From: Eledone cirrhosa
Lineage: Eukaryota
Assembly (NCBI GenBank): GCA_964016885.1
Contig: OZ024740.1
Location: 199,454,001 to 199,518,000 of the forward strand
Length of the DNA stretch: 64,000 nucleotides
Direction of reading: 5' to 3'
The translations under genes and the position numbers were made by a program. The notes beneath the pieces were generated by a model. That model was given only the letters and a program-made list of their open reading frames with translations. It made no database searches and had not been told where the DNA came from. This document shows, in pieces, positions 1-14,460 of this stretch. Each line of letters begins with the position of its first letter. The first letter of the stretch is position 1.

Positions 1-392
1 TCTGTAATAGACGGGAAATTAGATACAGATATATTCTATAAACCCACAGATTCCAAGCAATACCTATTTTTCACATCAAGTCACCCAAAACATACAAAAC
101 TTAACATTCCTTACAATTTGGCGAAACGTATATGTACCATAGTATCAGATCCACCTAAACGGGAGCAAAGACTAAAGGAACTAAAAGACACCCTTATCTT
201 AAGAGCCTTTCCACTTGAAATAATCAACAATTGAATAGACAGGGCAAAACACCTAAATCCCCATCAACTTAACAATCCAAAACAGAAAACCACACTCAAC
301 ACCCTGCCATATGTATCCACTTTCAACCCCAGAAATACCGAAATGTTTGATCACCTACACAAAAACTCCCCATCCTACTTAAAGATGTAAAA

Positions 393-917
393 ATGAAGTC
401 TATTCTTGAAACACACAAGATCCTTAAAAGTAAAAGACAACCCAAATCACTTAAACGCATTCTCACTGGACCAAATATACCCAAACCAATCCTCAACCCT
501 ACAGTTACCAAATGTGGTAGAACAAACTGTGGAACGTGCCTCTACCTCACTGAAGGACAAACATTTACATTCAAAGATGGCCAAACATTTACAGTAAAAA
601 ACAATTTCACCTGCAACTCGGAGAACTTGATTTACGCAATAACTTGCGGTGGGTGCAAACACAACTACATAGGACAGACGGGCACCTCATTACGCAAAAG
701 AATGACCATCCACCGCCAACAAATCCAGGACGCTAACACAAGAAAAATCCCCTTGAGCAGCCATATTGCGAACTGCGCAGGAATGACACTACCCAACTTT
801 AAAATCTTCCCCTTCTACAAGTGCTCAGATTCGTTCACACAGCAACAAAGAATAAACAAAGAAAATCTATTCCTTAACAAATTTAAACCAAAACTAAACG
901 GGTTATCACCCCAATAG
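393..917 (+). pseudogene. PLE GIY-YIG endonuclease domain with Cys-rich linker
   Basis: KCGRTNCGTC linker; NFTCNSENLIYAITCGGCKHNYIGQTGTSLRKRMTIHRQQ; KE...F.PKLN C-terminus. Confidence 0.9.
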
Positions 918-1515
918 AATTGTCATAATATATAAACACACATACGCACGGAATCACTACTATTAAAGACCAGAGACCAATTCTGTAGAATCAGGTTTAT
1001 TCATTGACAGACCATGCCTTTGTGTGACCAACACATCCATGTTAAACCCTGCACGTGCACACACATATATCTATATATATATGAGCACACCGAATTCACC
1101 ACTCTCGGTTGCGGGGCCCAATCTACATGAAGAACTCAATGTGATCAGAATGACTTGTATTTTAATTTCACTGTCCCAACTTCTTATATTATGGAAAAAA
1201 TATATGTGTCTGTATGTATATATATATATATATATATATTTGGAGGCCATTTCTCTGTGTGTGGATGTATGTATGTGTATATGTGTGTGTGTGTGTATGT
1301 GTGTGCATGTGGATGTATGTATTGTGTGTGCGTGTGTGTGTGTGTGTGTGTATGTATGTGTGTATCTGGATGTATGCGTATGTATATATATATATGCGTG
1401 TGTGTGTGTGTGTATATATATGTGTGTGTATGTGTGTATATATATGTGTGTGTGTGTGTATGTTTGTATGTGTGTATGTATATATATATGTGTGTGTGTG
1501 TGTATGTATGTGTGG

Positions 1516-1599
<84 letters not shown>

Positions 1600-1640
1600 A
1601 TGTATGTGTGTATCTGAATGTATGTGTATGTATATATATA

Positions 1641-1695
<55 letters not shown>

Positions 1696-2139
1696 ATGTG
1701 TATATATGTGTGTGTGTGTGTATGTGTGTATGTATGTGTATGTGTATGTATGTGTGTATATGTATATATATATATATATATGTATATGTATGTATGTGTG
1801 GATGAAGGTATGTGTGTGTATATATAGGTGTAAGTGCACTAAATCCCTTTCTATCACGCTCCACTTTCCTACCCACCACAGGAAGATATGTGTATGTATA
1901 TTGCTTCCACCCCCTCACTGACCAGCAGCTGGCCAGTTGGTGATTGCTAAATCTGACCTTTATAAAATAACCCACACCCCAAATAACTTCTCATTCACTA
2001 CCAGAAAGGGACACAGCAGTCAACCTGTTCTTGCTACCTAGATGAAAACTGCTATGAAATCCCACAATGAACTTTATACTTGAATTTTCAAATCTCAAAT
2101 TTTAACTCTTCGTATTATTAATTTTTCTTAATATTAACC

Positions 2140-2187
2140 AACATTTGAAAAGATGGCTTTTGCAGACCCATCGAAACCGGTCATTTT
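2140..2187 (+). ncRNA. Minimal type I hammerhead ribozyme, U3:A8 core variant
   Basis: TTGAAAA-GATGGCTTT-tgc-AGACCCATC-GAAA-CCGG-TC; stem I is weak (aacat/atttt). Confidence 0.65.
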
Positions 2188-2467
2188 TTATACCCTTTAT
2201 TATTTCCTTACCTTATAAAATTATGTTTTTTCACAAAAAAGTATTCTGTCTCTTATATATTCCATGTGCCATTACCAACCTCAATTTTCTCTATAACCTT
2301 CGTTTTGTGTAGAAAATTACACTAGAACTGTTTCATTCGTAGGAAACATTTCTAGTCCTGTAGAAGCCATTTTTATATTAAATTACTTTTACTCTGCTAT
2401 GTATTAAGTACCTTATTTACTGTGGTTATCCCCGATTTAACCAGGGATCTACATATATATATATATA

Positions 2468-2860
2468 TCATCATCATATCATCATAATTTTACGTCCGCT
2501 TTTCCCTGCTTGCAAGGGTGGGACGGGAATTGATTCTGGCTTGATTTCTACAGCTGGATGCCATTCCTAACACCAACCTCATTTACAGTGAGTGCTGTGT
2601 GCTTTTTTACCGTGGCACTTCCACGACCAGTTAACAGTGTGGGCTGGGTGCTTTCTAGCCGTGGCACCTCCACGTCCACTTTGCAGTGGAATGATAAGGA
2701 CCCCAATCCCTATCATCTCATTTCTACAGCTGAGTAAACGGGAGCAATGTGAAATAAAGTGTCTTGCTCAAGGAAACAACATATCACCTGGTCTGAGATT
2801 TGAACTCACAACCTTTCGATTGCAAGGCCAATGCTCTAACCAGTAAGCCATGTGCCTCCA
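2468..2860 (-). mobile_element. tRNA-derived SINE with CORE-like domain and (ATG)n tail
   Basis: Minus strand has A box TGGCTTACTGGTTAG, B box GAGTTCAAATCTC and CORE-like TCCTTGAGCAAGACACTTTATTTCACATTGCTCC; ATG-repeat tail at 2468-2485. Confidence 0.8.
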
Positions 2861-2969
2861 TATATATATATTAGAAAATAGAATAGCTTTCCCCGTATTT
2901 TTGACTAAAGAAATTTTAGCCTGATAATGGGATTTAGAACCCTCAGATAAATGGAAAAAAGATGAGTAT

Positions 2970-3040
2970 TGACGTATATGGGAGTCGAATCCACATCTTT
3001 GGTTATACAGACCACTGTGCTACCATTACACCAACACATC
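2970..3040 (-). tRNA. tRNA-like cloverleaf (repeat-borne pseudo-tRNA; Gln-like D arm, loop CTGTATA)
   Basis: GATGTGT-TG-GTGT AATGGTA GCAC-A-GTGGT CTGTATA ACCAA-AGAT-GTGGA TTCGACT CCCAT-ATACGTC-A; acceptor pairs 7/7 including G-U; T-run follows. Confidence 0.5.
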
Positions 3041-3229
3041 ACCCATCTCATTCCATTCAAATTAGAAGCTATATTCTTAGCGAGTATAAATGACAAGTAA
3101 GTATGTTTTGAAACAGTGAGCAGGTTTGAAATTAGTAAATAGAATAGCTTTCACCGTATTCTTGACTAAAGAAATTTTAGCCTGATAACGGAGTTTAGAA
3201 CCCTCAGATAAATGGAAAAAGATGAGTAT

Positions 3230-3300
3230 TGAGGTACATGGGAGTCGAACCCACATCTTTGGATATCCAGACCACTGTGCTACCATTACACCAACACATC
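3230..3300 (-). tRNA. tRNA-like cloverleaf, second copy (loop CTGGATA)
   Basis: Same fold; A and B boxes intact (GGTTCGACTCC). Confidence 0.45.
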
Positions 3301-5529
3301 ACCCATCTCCTTCCATTCAAATTAGAAGCTACATTCTTAGCGTGTATAAATGATGTATATTTCTCTATTTTCCTTTTGGATAAAACCCTCTTGATAACTG
3401 CTCTAACGTTTTCTAAAATCATATGTAAAGCTATTATGCAGAATTAATGATTTGTTAACAAAGGTAGGAATCATTGATAACTTATGTGAATATGCACTGT
3501 TTACACTTCCTTGATTAAATTCTTACAGCAGGATTCGCATCTTCAGTAAATAGTTTACATACCCTCTCGTAATAATTAGAGATAAACTTCAGAAAGCGGA
3601 AAACAGCGCTATCTCTCTTGAGAAATATGCACAATTATACTGAGATATATATCTCTATCGAGCTAGGCAGAACTCTGGCTTTTGTAAAGCTGCTAAGCTT
3701 AACGGTGAAATAAATAAGTTATTGTAAAGTATTCTCAATAAAGGTAACTTAACTCGACGATTCAGTTTATCTGCACTTGTTTCGAGTAGTACATTAATAG
3801 CATAATCTAATATTTTCGTTTGTATTAACATTTCTATGCCGTTAATTCTGACGTTAAGTATTATACATGTTTAAAGATAACAAACATTGAGAAACATTTT
3901 ACTCTCCCGGAAATGTTGCACATGATTTGAATACATAAATCACAATCTATTCAGATGTTGATGACATGTAAAAGGATGAGGCTTGCAGTTACAATGATTT
4001 TATGTATAAGAACATTTTCATTTTAATAAATCCGGTATTCACATATGCAATGGGACATTATTCTCTATTGTGAAAGGTTTTTTACGTAAATTGCACAAGT
4101 AAATACCGCGCTGAACAGCATATTTTATGTATTTTATGATCGTCTTAATACACTTCAATACACTTTGGAAGTTATCATAAGGTTAAATCTACAGATGCCG
4201 AAAAAAAAACCCAGTATATAATATTGGATCCTCGGTATTTATTGATGATTCGCATTTAGATGTTTGTTGAACTCGTGGCTTAATGTGTAAACGATGATGT
4301 ATTCAATAAATTAGTGTACCCGTAACATAATCTACAAACATAATTAGTCTGACACAATACGTGACATAACTGGCCTTTTGAATGCAGATGCAACTAGTTT
4401 CCGTCTACCCAATGTCACTCAAATGACATGAGTCAATCTGAATCTATGGTAACAATGCTTGTCCAAAATAATCACCAAGTTGGATCGCACATGGATATCA
4501 TGAGTGCAAAGTGAACTTCTTAACCACTTAACCTTACTTGTAAGCGTAAACAGTAGCGTTAAATTATAATTATGTAGAAATGGTTACCTACTAATTATAA
4601 CTAGTAATGGATGATGGGATTTCAACATAACAATTATAAGTTTCGGAGCTGTACTAGTCTATTTGATTTGATGTGTGACAATGTAGTTCAACTAAACCAA
4701 TTAGTACGTGGCTCTTACATATTGATAATTTTTAAATAATGCTTCCATCTAGTGCGATGAACATTTTGACACTTGGAAATAAAGTAAATTGGTTTGTTTA
4801 TTTACTGTTAAATAGCTAAAGCGATTACCCCTCGTAATAATGATATAAATTCTATTCATACACTGGGTGATTGAAGAGAACATTTTCATAACATGGGATG
4901 GCCTACATAAATGTTAACGATAAAATGTCTAGTGGTTCGATAAACAAATCAGCTAGCTCAAGAAATTAATTTGTAATTAGGAGGGCATTCCATAGACTTG
5001 TGTACCCGAAACGTGTGATTCAGTGTTACACGATGAAGAACGAGGCTTTCCTTCATCTATTATAAAGTAAGTGGTTGTGTCTTCCTAATAAATGTACCCT
5101 TAACATAATTCTCAGTTAGATTTAGCGTGTCAGTGTATGTGACTAGGCTGGGCAGTTGAGTTTTAAGCTCAATCAATCCGATGGGCATCCAAACAGTTTC
5201 AGTCTAAACAATTTCATTCAACAGACTTGGTTGGACATGAGCCTATGGTAAAAAGAACTAATTATTGGGATACGAATTTCTCAAACGCTCGACCAGTAAG
5301 AATCATGGATCTGTAAACTGAACATTTAAAAGATCTGTTTAAATACCCACCTGCAATTAATGGTTTGCCGCAATAGGAGTTTAAGACAAACATTGATAAG
5401 ATATAGTCTATTATCAAATATTTAAACTTAGGGAAAGCTTCAGTAGAGAATATCTATTAAGCTCTTTCTCTTTGGAGGAGAGAATATTGTTAAATGTCAT
5501 TCCTGGGCTAGTTTGATTATATGGTGTGT

Positions 5530-5900
5530 CTGCCCCACAGCGCTGGGTAGATGCAATTATGCTTTCCCTTTACAAAGGCAAAGGCTTCACATCTGAACGT
5601 GGCGATTGTCCTGTTTAAACCTGATCCATTAGACAAAGAAAATAGATCTGCACTTGCGGCAATAGGTTAATTCAGCGATGAATGATATGCTATGAACATC
5701 ATTCTCTCAACACCACAGTTTATGGAGAAGTGTTTTGAATACAGAAGAGCACTTTATTAAGTATTTAAGGACCTTAATACGGCCTTCTATGATGTTAATT
5801 GTTTGCATGGTGGGTCATATTAACGAAATTTGGATTTCCATGTTAATTTGAGGAGACATTCAAAGAGCTTCACAACGCCATGGCGTCAAAGAAGTTGACA
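5530..5900 (+). pseudogene. Degenerate non-LTR retrotransposon RT fragment (RTE-like)
   Basis: QRWVDAIMLSLYKGKG and QFMEKCFEYRRALY*VFKDLNTAFYDV match LINE RT motifs. Confidence 0.6.
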
Positions 5901-6482
5901 TACCCGAACCGACGTATTTATCTATCTATATCCCCGTCTTACTAACGTATACCTACGATATCGGTGTTGATCTGCGATTTAGAACAACGGATATTCTTCA
6001 AATGAACAAGTTTTAGCACAAACCAAATATATTCACAATTCTTGCCAGCGTCCTCTTGTGATAATGCAGATATGATTCACTCAGTCAATGGATGATAAGG
6101 TCATCAATGCTGCACTGCATTCGATCTCTAGACAAGGGCTATGAACACAACACAAATTGGGAAAGCTCACATGGAAGCATACATACACATTAGGACATGA
6201 TCGTCATCAGTCTGAATATTTGTGTAGATCACCGAAGATCATTAATTCCAATATGTCTCCTTGTAGAAAATGGAGCTGATTGTATACATCATATCTTTTT
6301 TAAACATCGTTTATAATAATATTGCACTCAAGAAGAATGCAAGAATATTTTTAGCATTCTTTCATTCATTTTTCAAAAAATCAATATAGACATACACACC
6401 CACACACACATACACACAGACACACACACACACAGGTACATATATGTATATATGTATGTATTATATCGTTATACTTCGGGAG

Positions 6483-6619
<137 letters not shown>

Positions 6620-6650
6620 TGTAATTGACCCCTGAGTGTAAACTCTAAAT

Positions 6651-6741
<91 letters not shown>

Positions 6742-6881
6742 TATATGTAGAAGTTGTATTTAATTTGTTGGAATTCCGACAAACGTGAATGTTTATAACT
6801 TATTTAGAGCACTCAACAGTTTACTGGAGTAAATATTCCATGATATTAAATAAATGGAAACTATATTTATGAAACCATATT

Positions 6882-6946
6882 TATTTTATTATATATATTT
6901 CAAGGGCAACCAAGCCAACCATGGTCCGCTTTCATCAGATGAAATA
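6882..6946 (-). ncRNA. Minimal type I hammerhead in a short TA-flanked element (same family as the 58.0-58.3 kb element)
   Basis: Reverse complement: tatttcat-CTGATGA-AAGCGGACCA..TGGTTGCCCTT-GAAA-TATATA-TA-ataaaata. Confidence 0.7.
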
Positions 6947-7011
6947 CAAAGTTTGTTTTATAAATAAAGACGTACCCATGAAGATTCAACCTTATCGGTC
7001 GGAAATTCACT

Positions 7012-7197
<186 letters not shown>

Positions 7198-7990
7198 GAA
7201 ATCAACATGAATTTTGGAAAGATATTACAATCATAAAAATGATAAATTTCAAATTGTTTATGTAGTATTGTTTAGAGAATGTTTTGAATCTGATTGTGTT
7301 TTTATTTATTTATTTATGTTTATTTCATTAAAATCGTGATAAATACTATTTTGTTCTCTTTAAGTACTTATAAACACGGTGTTTAATTTACTGAAAATAT
7401 CTATTAAAAAATATCCATTTAAGAAAATAGACATCCAAATCAGAATACATGGGGAAAAAAATCAGGAGGATAGAAGATTGAAAAGCAAATTCTGTTTAAC
7501 AACAGTTGTAAACAAAACTGATAGCAGCCATTAACCTACGTTTTCGGTTTCTTAAAAAAAACGCTTCTTTTATCAATATTTTCAATTACTTCTTCAGTGA
7601 TTGTGTGAAATCTGTGTTCAGCCATTTAGTGAATGTATCTGTGTGTGTATATGTATTTGTTATTTCACTGTATGTGTATAAATGTGTGTATGTGTATATG
7701 TGCGTGCGCGTGCTTGTAGATAGTTCCTTTGAGATGCAATTAGAGCGATTCTTTAATGAAACGAGACTGTGAACGAGTTTCGATTTGAGATTGAAACTAA
7801 TTAAGTTCACATCCTTAGCCGTCTTTATTAATTAATTACAATAGCAAAGCTATCCCTATAATGCAAGTAAAACCATCCGTATGCTCCATCTTACTTTATA
7901 TATATACACATAGATACACATATACAGACACATATATATATACACATACATACATGCATATATATATATATATATATATACATATATATA

Positions 7991-8042
<52 letters not shown>

Positions 8043-10185
8043 TGATAAAAACAATGAATCAAAACAAAGAAACAGTTCCTTATATTAAAAAATTTATTAT
8101 TTTACGATCGTTTCTAGGATATATATGTGTGTGTTGGTATGTATATCATATAGATCTATGTAAACATTTTACAAACTATCAGAGGGAATATACATACCTA
8201 CACATATATATCCTGTCTTCAGAAATAATGATATTTGTTTATTGAAAAAAACCAACAAAGATTGAATATAATAGGTCTGTTTGGGAACATGTTTTGAATT
8301 GACCAATAAAAAAGTAGTAAGTGGTCAAGTTGATAGAATAGTAGTAGTAGAAATTTAATATAGGGCTAGAGGAGTGCAGACTTCAGATTTGAATGAAAAT
8401 TAATCATACAACTATTCAAAGTCAAATAACTGAATCGAAATCCTTTTTAATTTTAATTAATTTATTAAAAGTTAAATAAACATTATGGTACACTCCATTT
8501 GGGACAAAGTTTAAGTCACTAATGCCGATAGAAATTAAGATATTCCAATAAATGAGCGAATACATTCATCGAATATATATTTAATTTCCGTTATCACGAC
8601 TGACGTTATCTAAAGTAAAGATTCCAATAAAAACTATGGTGGACAAAAAGGAACAGAAAGAAGTAAAACTATGGAGGACAAGAAGGAACATAAATATATA
8701 ATATATATATATTCAATAAGGCAAAAATTAAGTGTAGAAAAAATGAAGTTCATTAACCGTAGATGTAGAAGACTAAAATTAAACTATTAGTAAGTCAAAG
8801 AGACAATAAGATACACTCCAACTAGGGATGAATATAAAGATAGAAATATATTAGTCGACAAAGGATGAGTATAAAGATAGAGATATAATAATGGACAAGG
8901 GACTAAATAGGCTAAATAAGCTAAAAAGGTAGAAAACCAAAAATCAATAAACCGAAGAAAACTAATAATAATAATAATAAACTAAAAAAAACAAAATGAT
9001 AAGGAATCCAAACAGCTATTGAATACGAATACGCCACAAACACTTGTGTTATACATATAATTAAACATCCACACACATATACATATTCACCAAAAATATA
9101 TATCTACAAATATACCCACAGATACAAAACCCTATACCCACAGAACCACTCACGTATTAAACTTTCCCATACCAACCAGCTCAAGAGAGTGTGTGTATCA
9201 ATTCACCAATGATGATGAAGTATATACGTCCAGCTAATAGAAGACCCCATCCTATATAGACACCATAACTCACAGAAAAGAGTAAGTGGTATATTAAGAA
9301 ACATAAATAATATAAAAATAAAAAATATATATATAAAAAATATCTAGTCAAGACGTCTAAACCAGAATAGTAAAGTGAGATTCCGAAAAATCAACTACCT
9401 GAGCTTTTAGTTTTATAATAGAAGAAGGGATTAGAGATAGCATGCGGACAGGATGAAAAGATTTCCGATTTTCTATTTAGTAATACATTTTTAGAGAAAA
9501 TTATACAATGGGTTTCTAGAATGCAAAGATTACAGAATTTAGCGTGGGTGGAATAATGGTTAGAATAGGCTACGATACGCCAATGCAGACTGTACGGTAT
9601 ACCGGTCCCTTTCAAATCCCAAATATGATGCGCCAAAGAAGTTGAGTTTTTAAATTTAATATGTTTAAAGTTAGAGACATGTAAATTAAACCTCGTTTTA
9701 AATGTATTAGAGGCGGAGCCTATATAAATTTTACAAGATAAATAGGTCCTAACATCACATGCATAAACAATATTCTTAGTGAGGCAATAACCATTTAAAG
9801 GGCAGCTGTTACTTTACTTCTTCTACAATTACATTTACGGGTATTAGTGATTACCTCATTTCGCGAAATATTATTCCTAGGGTTACTTAACAACATGTCC
9901 CGCTCGGGTCGTACGTTATTAATAGAACTATTTAAATTAGTAGTAAGTAAAGAGCAGTAACCATCCCTAATTTTCTTATTATTCGCGCTAGCAAGATGTA
10001 AACTAATGTTAGGGGTAGTAGAAAAGGAGAGTTTGATGACATTCTGATTGAAGATACTATGATATTTACTAGCGGGTGGGAAATTGTTCTCCAAAATTGA
10101 AAAGAAAGACCTAGCGATACTAGATAGTACATCAAAATTATAAGGTGGGTTGAAGTAGGTATTAAGTCTTCTCCTATTCCTACAT
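8043..10185 (-). mobile_element. 5'-truncated PLE of a second clade (CxC..CPLNG.C linker; CxLC..CPH tail) with 3' UTR
   Basis: Reverse complement reads YFNPPY..FP...IFN...KLSFS, CNCRR..CPLNGYCLTKNIVY..YIGSASNTFKTRFNLH..SLAHHIWDLK..CNLCILE..LLNRKSEIFSSCPH (9391-10185, frameshifted). Confidence 0.85.
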
Positions 10186-10694
10186 ATATATATATATATA
10201 TTGCATGATATAATATAATGCATACATACAGATATCTGTGCACAACTAAATACAAAAGAATTAAGGAACAACGACAAGCTAGCAATAGAGAAGCCTAAGA
10301 CCTGACACACATATTCACCTTAGTATTACACAATTGCAATCGTCGGCTTTCTATGCACAAGTATAGGCAGACTAATTAGATATATACAAATATTGAATCA
10401 CACGTACACACACACATAAACAGACACACACACATAATCAGACACACACACATGCATAGACAATCATTCACATACACTGAGTCATGCATAAAGAAAACCC
10501 ATAAAACACACACAAAAACCGCGAAGGAAAGCCGCATAGAGACAGCCACATGCATACATTTATAACCACAAACAAATACACATGCAAAATCACATAGAAA
10601 CAGCAACACACAAATTACATAGTCAGGCACACAATCACACGTATAGACCAACGCATAGAAATAAACAGAGACACGGATACATTGGCACCAATGA

Positions 10695-10806
<112 letters not shown>

Positions 10807-11197
10807 ACACACACACACCAACAGTTACACCCGTGATGTATAATTACAACCTACTTCAGCCTCACCTATCTGTAAAGATTATTCACCAAATAGCAACCAT
10901 TTACTGTCCGAAATAACTTATGGAAATGCCCTATGCTGTTTAAGGTATGATAGGTTGTCAAGGAGAAAAAGATCGATAGTGGTGTTATGAACACAAATCG
11001 ATTTAAGGCGGTATGTATAACGCAATGTAATCGATTATTGACAGCTATTATACTTCAACATTAGCATATATACACAACATACGTGCCTACAAATATATAC
11101 TCGCTGAGTGCATGCACACAGACACATAAGTACGTCTGTACACACAAACACGACGACCGGGCACATACCAGAATATATACATACATGCATGTATATG

Positions 11198-11284
<87 letters not shown>

Positions 11285-11384
11285 ACAAAGAAAGTGTGGT
11301 AAGATAACAGGTGAACCATAGCGTACCAGGGTACTCGATACTTAGGGTAGTAGTGTAGGTATACACATATATATATATATATAT

Positions 11385-11432
<48 letters not shown>

Positions 11433-11462
11433 CATACATATATGAATGAGAAATTGATCAAC

Positions 11463-11660
11463 TTATTTTAATAATTATTTCTACTTTTGGCACATGGCCA
11501 GCAATTATCCCAATGCATTACTGGTACTTTATTTGATCAACCCTGTAAGGATGAACGGCAATGTTAAACTCGGCGGGATTTGAACTCAGATTGTAAAGGG
11601 CCGGAACTCTATGCTCCAAAATGGCGTCCGACCTTCCACCGATACTGCCAAACTGGCTGA
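11463..11660 (-). mobile_element. tRNA-derived SINE (family also at 51.9-52.4 and 53.8-54.7 kb)
   Basis: Reverse complement has TGGCAGTATCGG A box, GAGTTCAAATCC B box and TTCATCCTTAC..GATCAAATAAAGTACCAG. Confidence 0.8.
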
Positions 11661-12015
11661 ATACAAGATATTTGCTGAAAGTACAACGTAGCAGGATTGA
11701 GACGAGACCTACTGACTTGGGAAGAGAAACCTACATCTACACACCCAGAATTGACTGTATAGCTATATATTTCATCATGGTTCAGGTAACCAAACAATCT
11801 TGTTTGAATTGTTACGGTTAGCAAGCTTCCAATATGTTAGTATGTAACATAATAGAAGGGGGATGCAAATGCTACGTTTACGACAGCGGCACACACTTTA
11901 TTAAAAACAAGAAAACAATTATATACATAGAAGAAACGAAGAAATAATCAGAGCCAATGAAATATGAACAGAAAAGACAAGGATATTAATATCAGGCTTT
12001 CATCCCAATGCATTC

Positions 12016-12069
<54 letters not shown>

Positions 12070-12137
12070 TGTCTGTGCGTGTGTGCGTGTGTGTGTGTAT
12101 GTATGTGTGTGTGTTTATGTATGTATATATATACACT

Positions 12138-12197
<60 letters not shown>

Positions 12198-13341
12198 CAC
12201 ATATATATATATACTTATGTACACGGACACTTACGTGTATGACTCAACAAAGCTGATGCATTAATAAAGATATCACATTGATATTTGCTCTTTATTTGCA
12301 CACATCATAATATAACACACAGACCATATTGTAAGATACACGATATTATAAGTTATAGATGACACGGACATTAAGAGATTAAGTAGGGGAAATTATATTA
12401 GCTCATATGTATTAGTGATTCTATATTTGTAAAGTTACGCCCAGAGCAAGGTTTAGGACACCGATGTTGACGCTGGTAACTCATAAGGATTTCCTCTTTA
12501 CATTTCCTCTTTAATGCTTCTCTCTATGACATTTATCTCATGCAATAAAGAATTCTTGGGGGTTTGCGTCACTTAAATGTTGCACGTTTAAAACAAATTA
12601 CATATGTTCTTATTGATTGCCATCTTTGTGCCTACTCCAAACAAAAAAAAATTCATACGCTTCACCCACACACGCACAGACACACACATATACCCCCCCC
12701 CCCACACACACATACACAAACACACACGTTGGCGACTAAACCGGCAACCTCACTAAATTTAGTTGGTGAGGAGGGTGATTTTGGACGCCCTGCAGGACAA
12801 ATAAATAAAATCTGACAAAGGGCGGAAGAACTCATAAGAGTTAACGGCCATCCAAAAGTGTGTAAATATGTATATACATATGTACATATGTACATATGTA
12901 CATATGTACATATGTACATATGTATGTATATGTATATATACATGGGTGCATGTATATGCATATGCGCGGTGACATACAAATATTCGGGCTGGACACCCGA
13001 TCGCGCGGTTAAACCACAAGGAGTGAAGGACCCCTAACCTTTGGCAGGGCATTGTTCTAGAAGGCAACTCAGGAAACTGGGATAATTCCGGTATAAAACC
13101 TGCGGCTCAGTAGTTACCGATGATGTTGATCTTTTCTTCTTTTCGGGTTATAGCTACTGTCGCTCAGACAGTGGGATTGGCTCAGTGCACATTCTTTCCT
13201 CACTCAAAAAAATATCTTCACACCAGGCATTGCACGATAGAATTAATTAATGATTATTCATAATTATATATCGTGCAATGGCCATACTCGATAACGAGGG
13301 GGCAGCCATCATCATATATATATATGTGTGTGTGTGCGTGT

Positions 13342-13419
<78 letters not shown>

Positions 13420-13599
13420 TATGAAGGAGTCAGGATACTGGCGGCTGAGCTCGTTCCGTTTCAACAGTAAGTTCGGAACTATCTGTTGAAATTGCAAGAG
13501 CTCTATCACCGGGGTCACGATTTCTTCAGATCCCCACACTCTACTGCCCCAACTATTGAGTAATCAGGTGAGTAATGGTCGGACAAGGTTTTTCCTGCT

Positions 13600-14170
13600 T
13601 CAACTCTGATTTGTATATATATATGGGGAATAAATTTCAGATTTCAGCATTCGGCAGTCAGATGAAGGTAGTAGACATAAAACCAAACTCACTTACCTAT
13701 GGTCATGAATCTAAGGTAATGTTCGAAAGAATGCGATCACTAATACAAGCAGCCGAAATGGAGTTTCTCTAAAGAATCCTTGGAGTAACGTTACTCTATA
13801 CAGTTCGTAGCTCGGAGAATAGAGAGTCACTCCAAGTATATACTCTACTTCTCCAAATTTCAGAGATGGTAGCACTGATACTATGAGCACGCAATTAGAA
13901 GGTTTGAGGAAAGAATCGTTGGACATATTTTCTGGGTAGAATTAGCCGACAAGAGACCCACAGGTAGACTCCGATCCAGATTGTTGGATAAAATTCATAA
14001 GCGAGGCTGATCTCTCTTATCCCGCTTGGAGGAATGTTTGAGGGCCTTGCTTCTACGACAAGCTCAGGAATATGTAGAAGAAGAAGAAGAAGAAGAAGAA
14101 GAAGAAGAAGAAGAAGAAGAAGAAGAAGAAGAAGAAGAAGAAGAAGAAGAAGAAGAAGAAGAAGAAGAAT
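13600..14170 (+). mobile_element. RTE-clade LINE 3' fragment with (AGA)n tail
   Basis: LTYGHESKVMFERMRSLIQAAEMEFL*RILGVTLLYTVRSSENRE matches the Expander/Rex3-type C-terminus; long (AGA)n tail at 14076-14169. Confidence 0.75.
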
Positions 14171-14239
14171 ATTTTGTAGGCAACTCCAAGGTTTAGTATT
14201 GATGGAAGGATGTGCATGTAAAACAAGGATTAGCCGAAT

Positions 14240-14460
14240 TACAAAGGTCAACAGCACTTGCGAAAAAATCCAGGAATTCAAACTGAATAATATCGAATAT
14301 AAAATTCCATGGTCAATTGTATGATCTACCTGGCTTAATCATGGCGACCGACGAACAGGTGAGCTTTGTTCAAATATTGTGCTATAAATCATCACAAGAA
14401 TGGACCTATTAAACTCTAGGCGCGACATAATTTTCATTTGACAAAATAAAACTTCACCAT
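14240..14460 (+). pseudogene. Highly decayed PLE GIY-YIG C-terminal fragment
   Basis: KLNNIEYKIPWSIV..ELC..LLNSRRDI resembles the tail of the 9.4-kb element. Confidence 0.35.

Larger units (their letters stand above)
1..2451 (+). mobile_element. Penelope-like element (Neptune-type), 3' part: RT thumb, GIY-YIG endonuclease and 3' pseudo-LTR; truncated by the window start
   Basis: Frame 1 reads DTDIFYKPTDSKQYLFFTSSHPKHTKLNIPYNLAKRICTIVS (PLE RT thumb) with a stop near 232 and a frameshift. It is followed by the GIY-YIG ORF, a microsatellite-rich 3' region, a hammerhead at ~2145 and an end in (TA)n. Confidence 0.9.
2871..3356 (-). repeat. Tandem dimer (~260-bp unit) carrying a tRNA-like cloverleaf
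   Basis: 2877-3092 is repeated at 3137-3352; same family as 18457-19313. Confidence 0.85.

Noticed and set aside
8092-8160. Reverse-complement GAAACGATCGTA half-hammerhead at the end of the 8-10 kb PLE
   Set aside because: The 5' core CUGANGA is not recognisable, so it was not counted
13895-14324. Poly-Leu and poly-Arg ORFs
   Set aside because: They come from the (AGA)n tail of the RTE fragment
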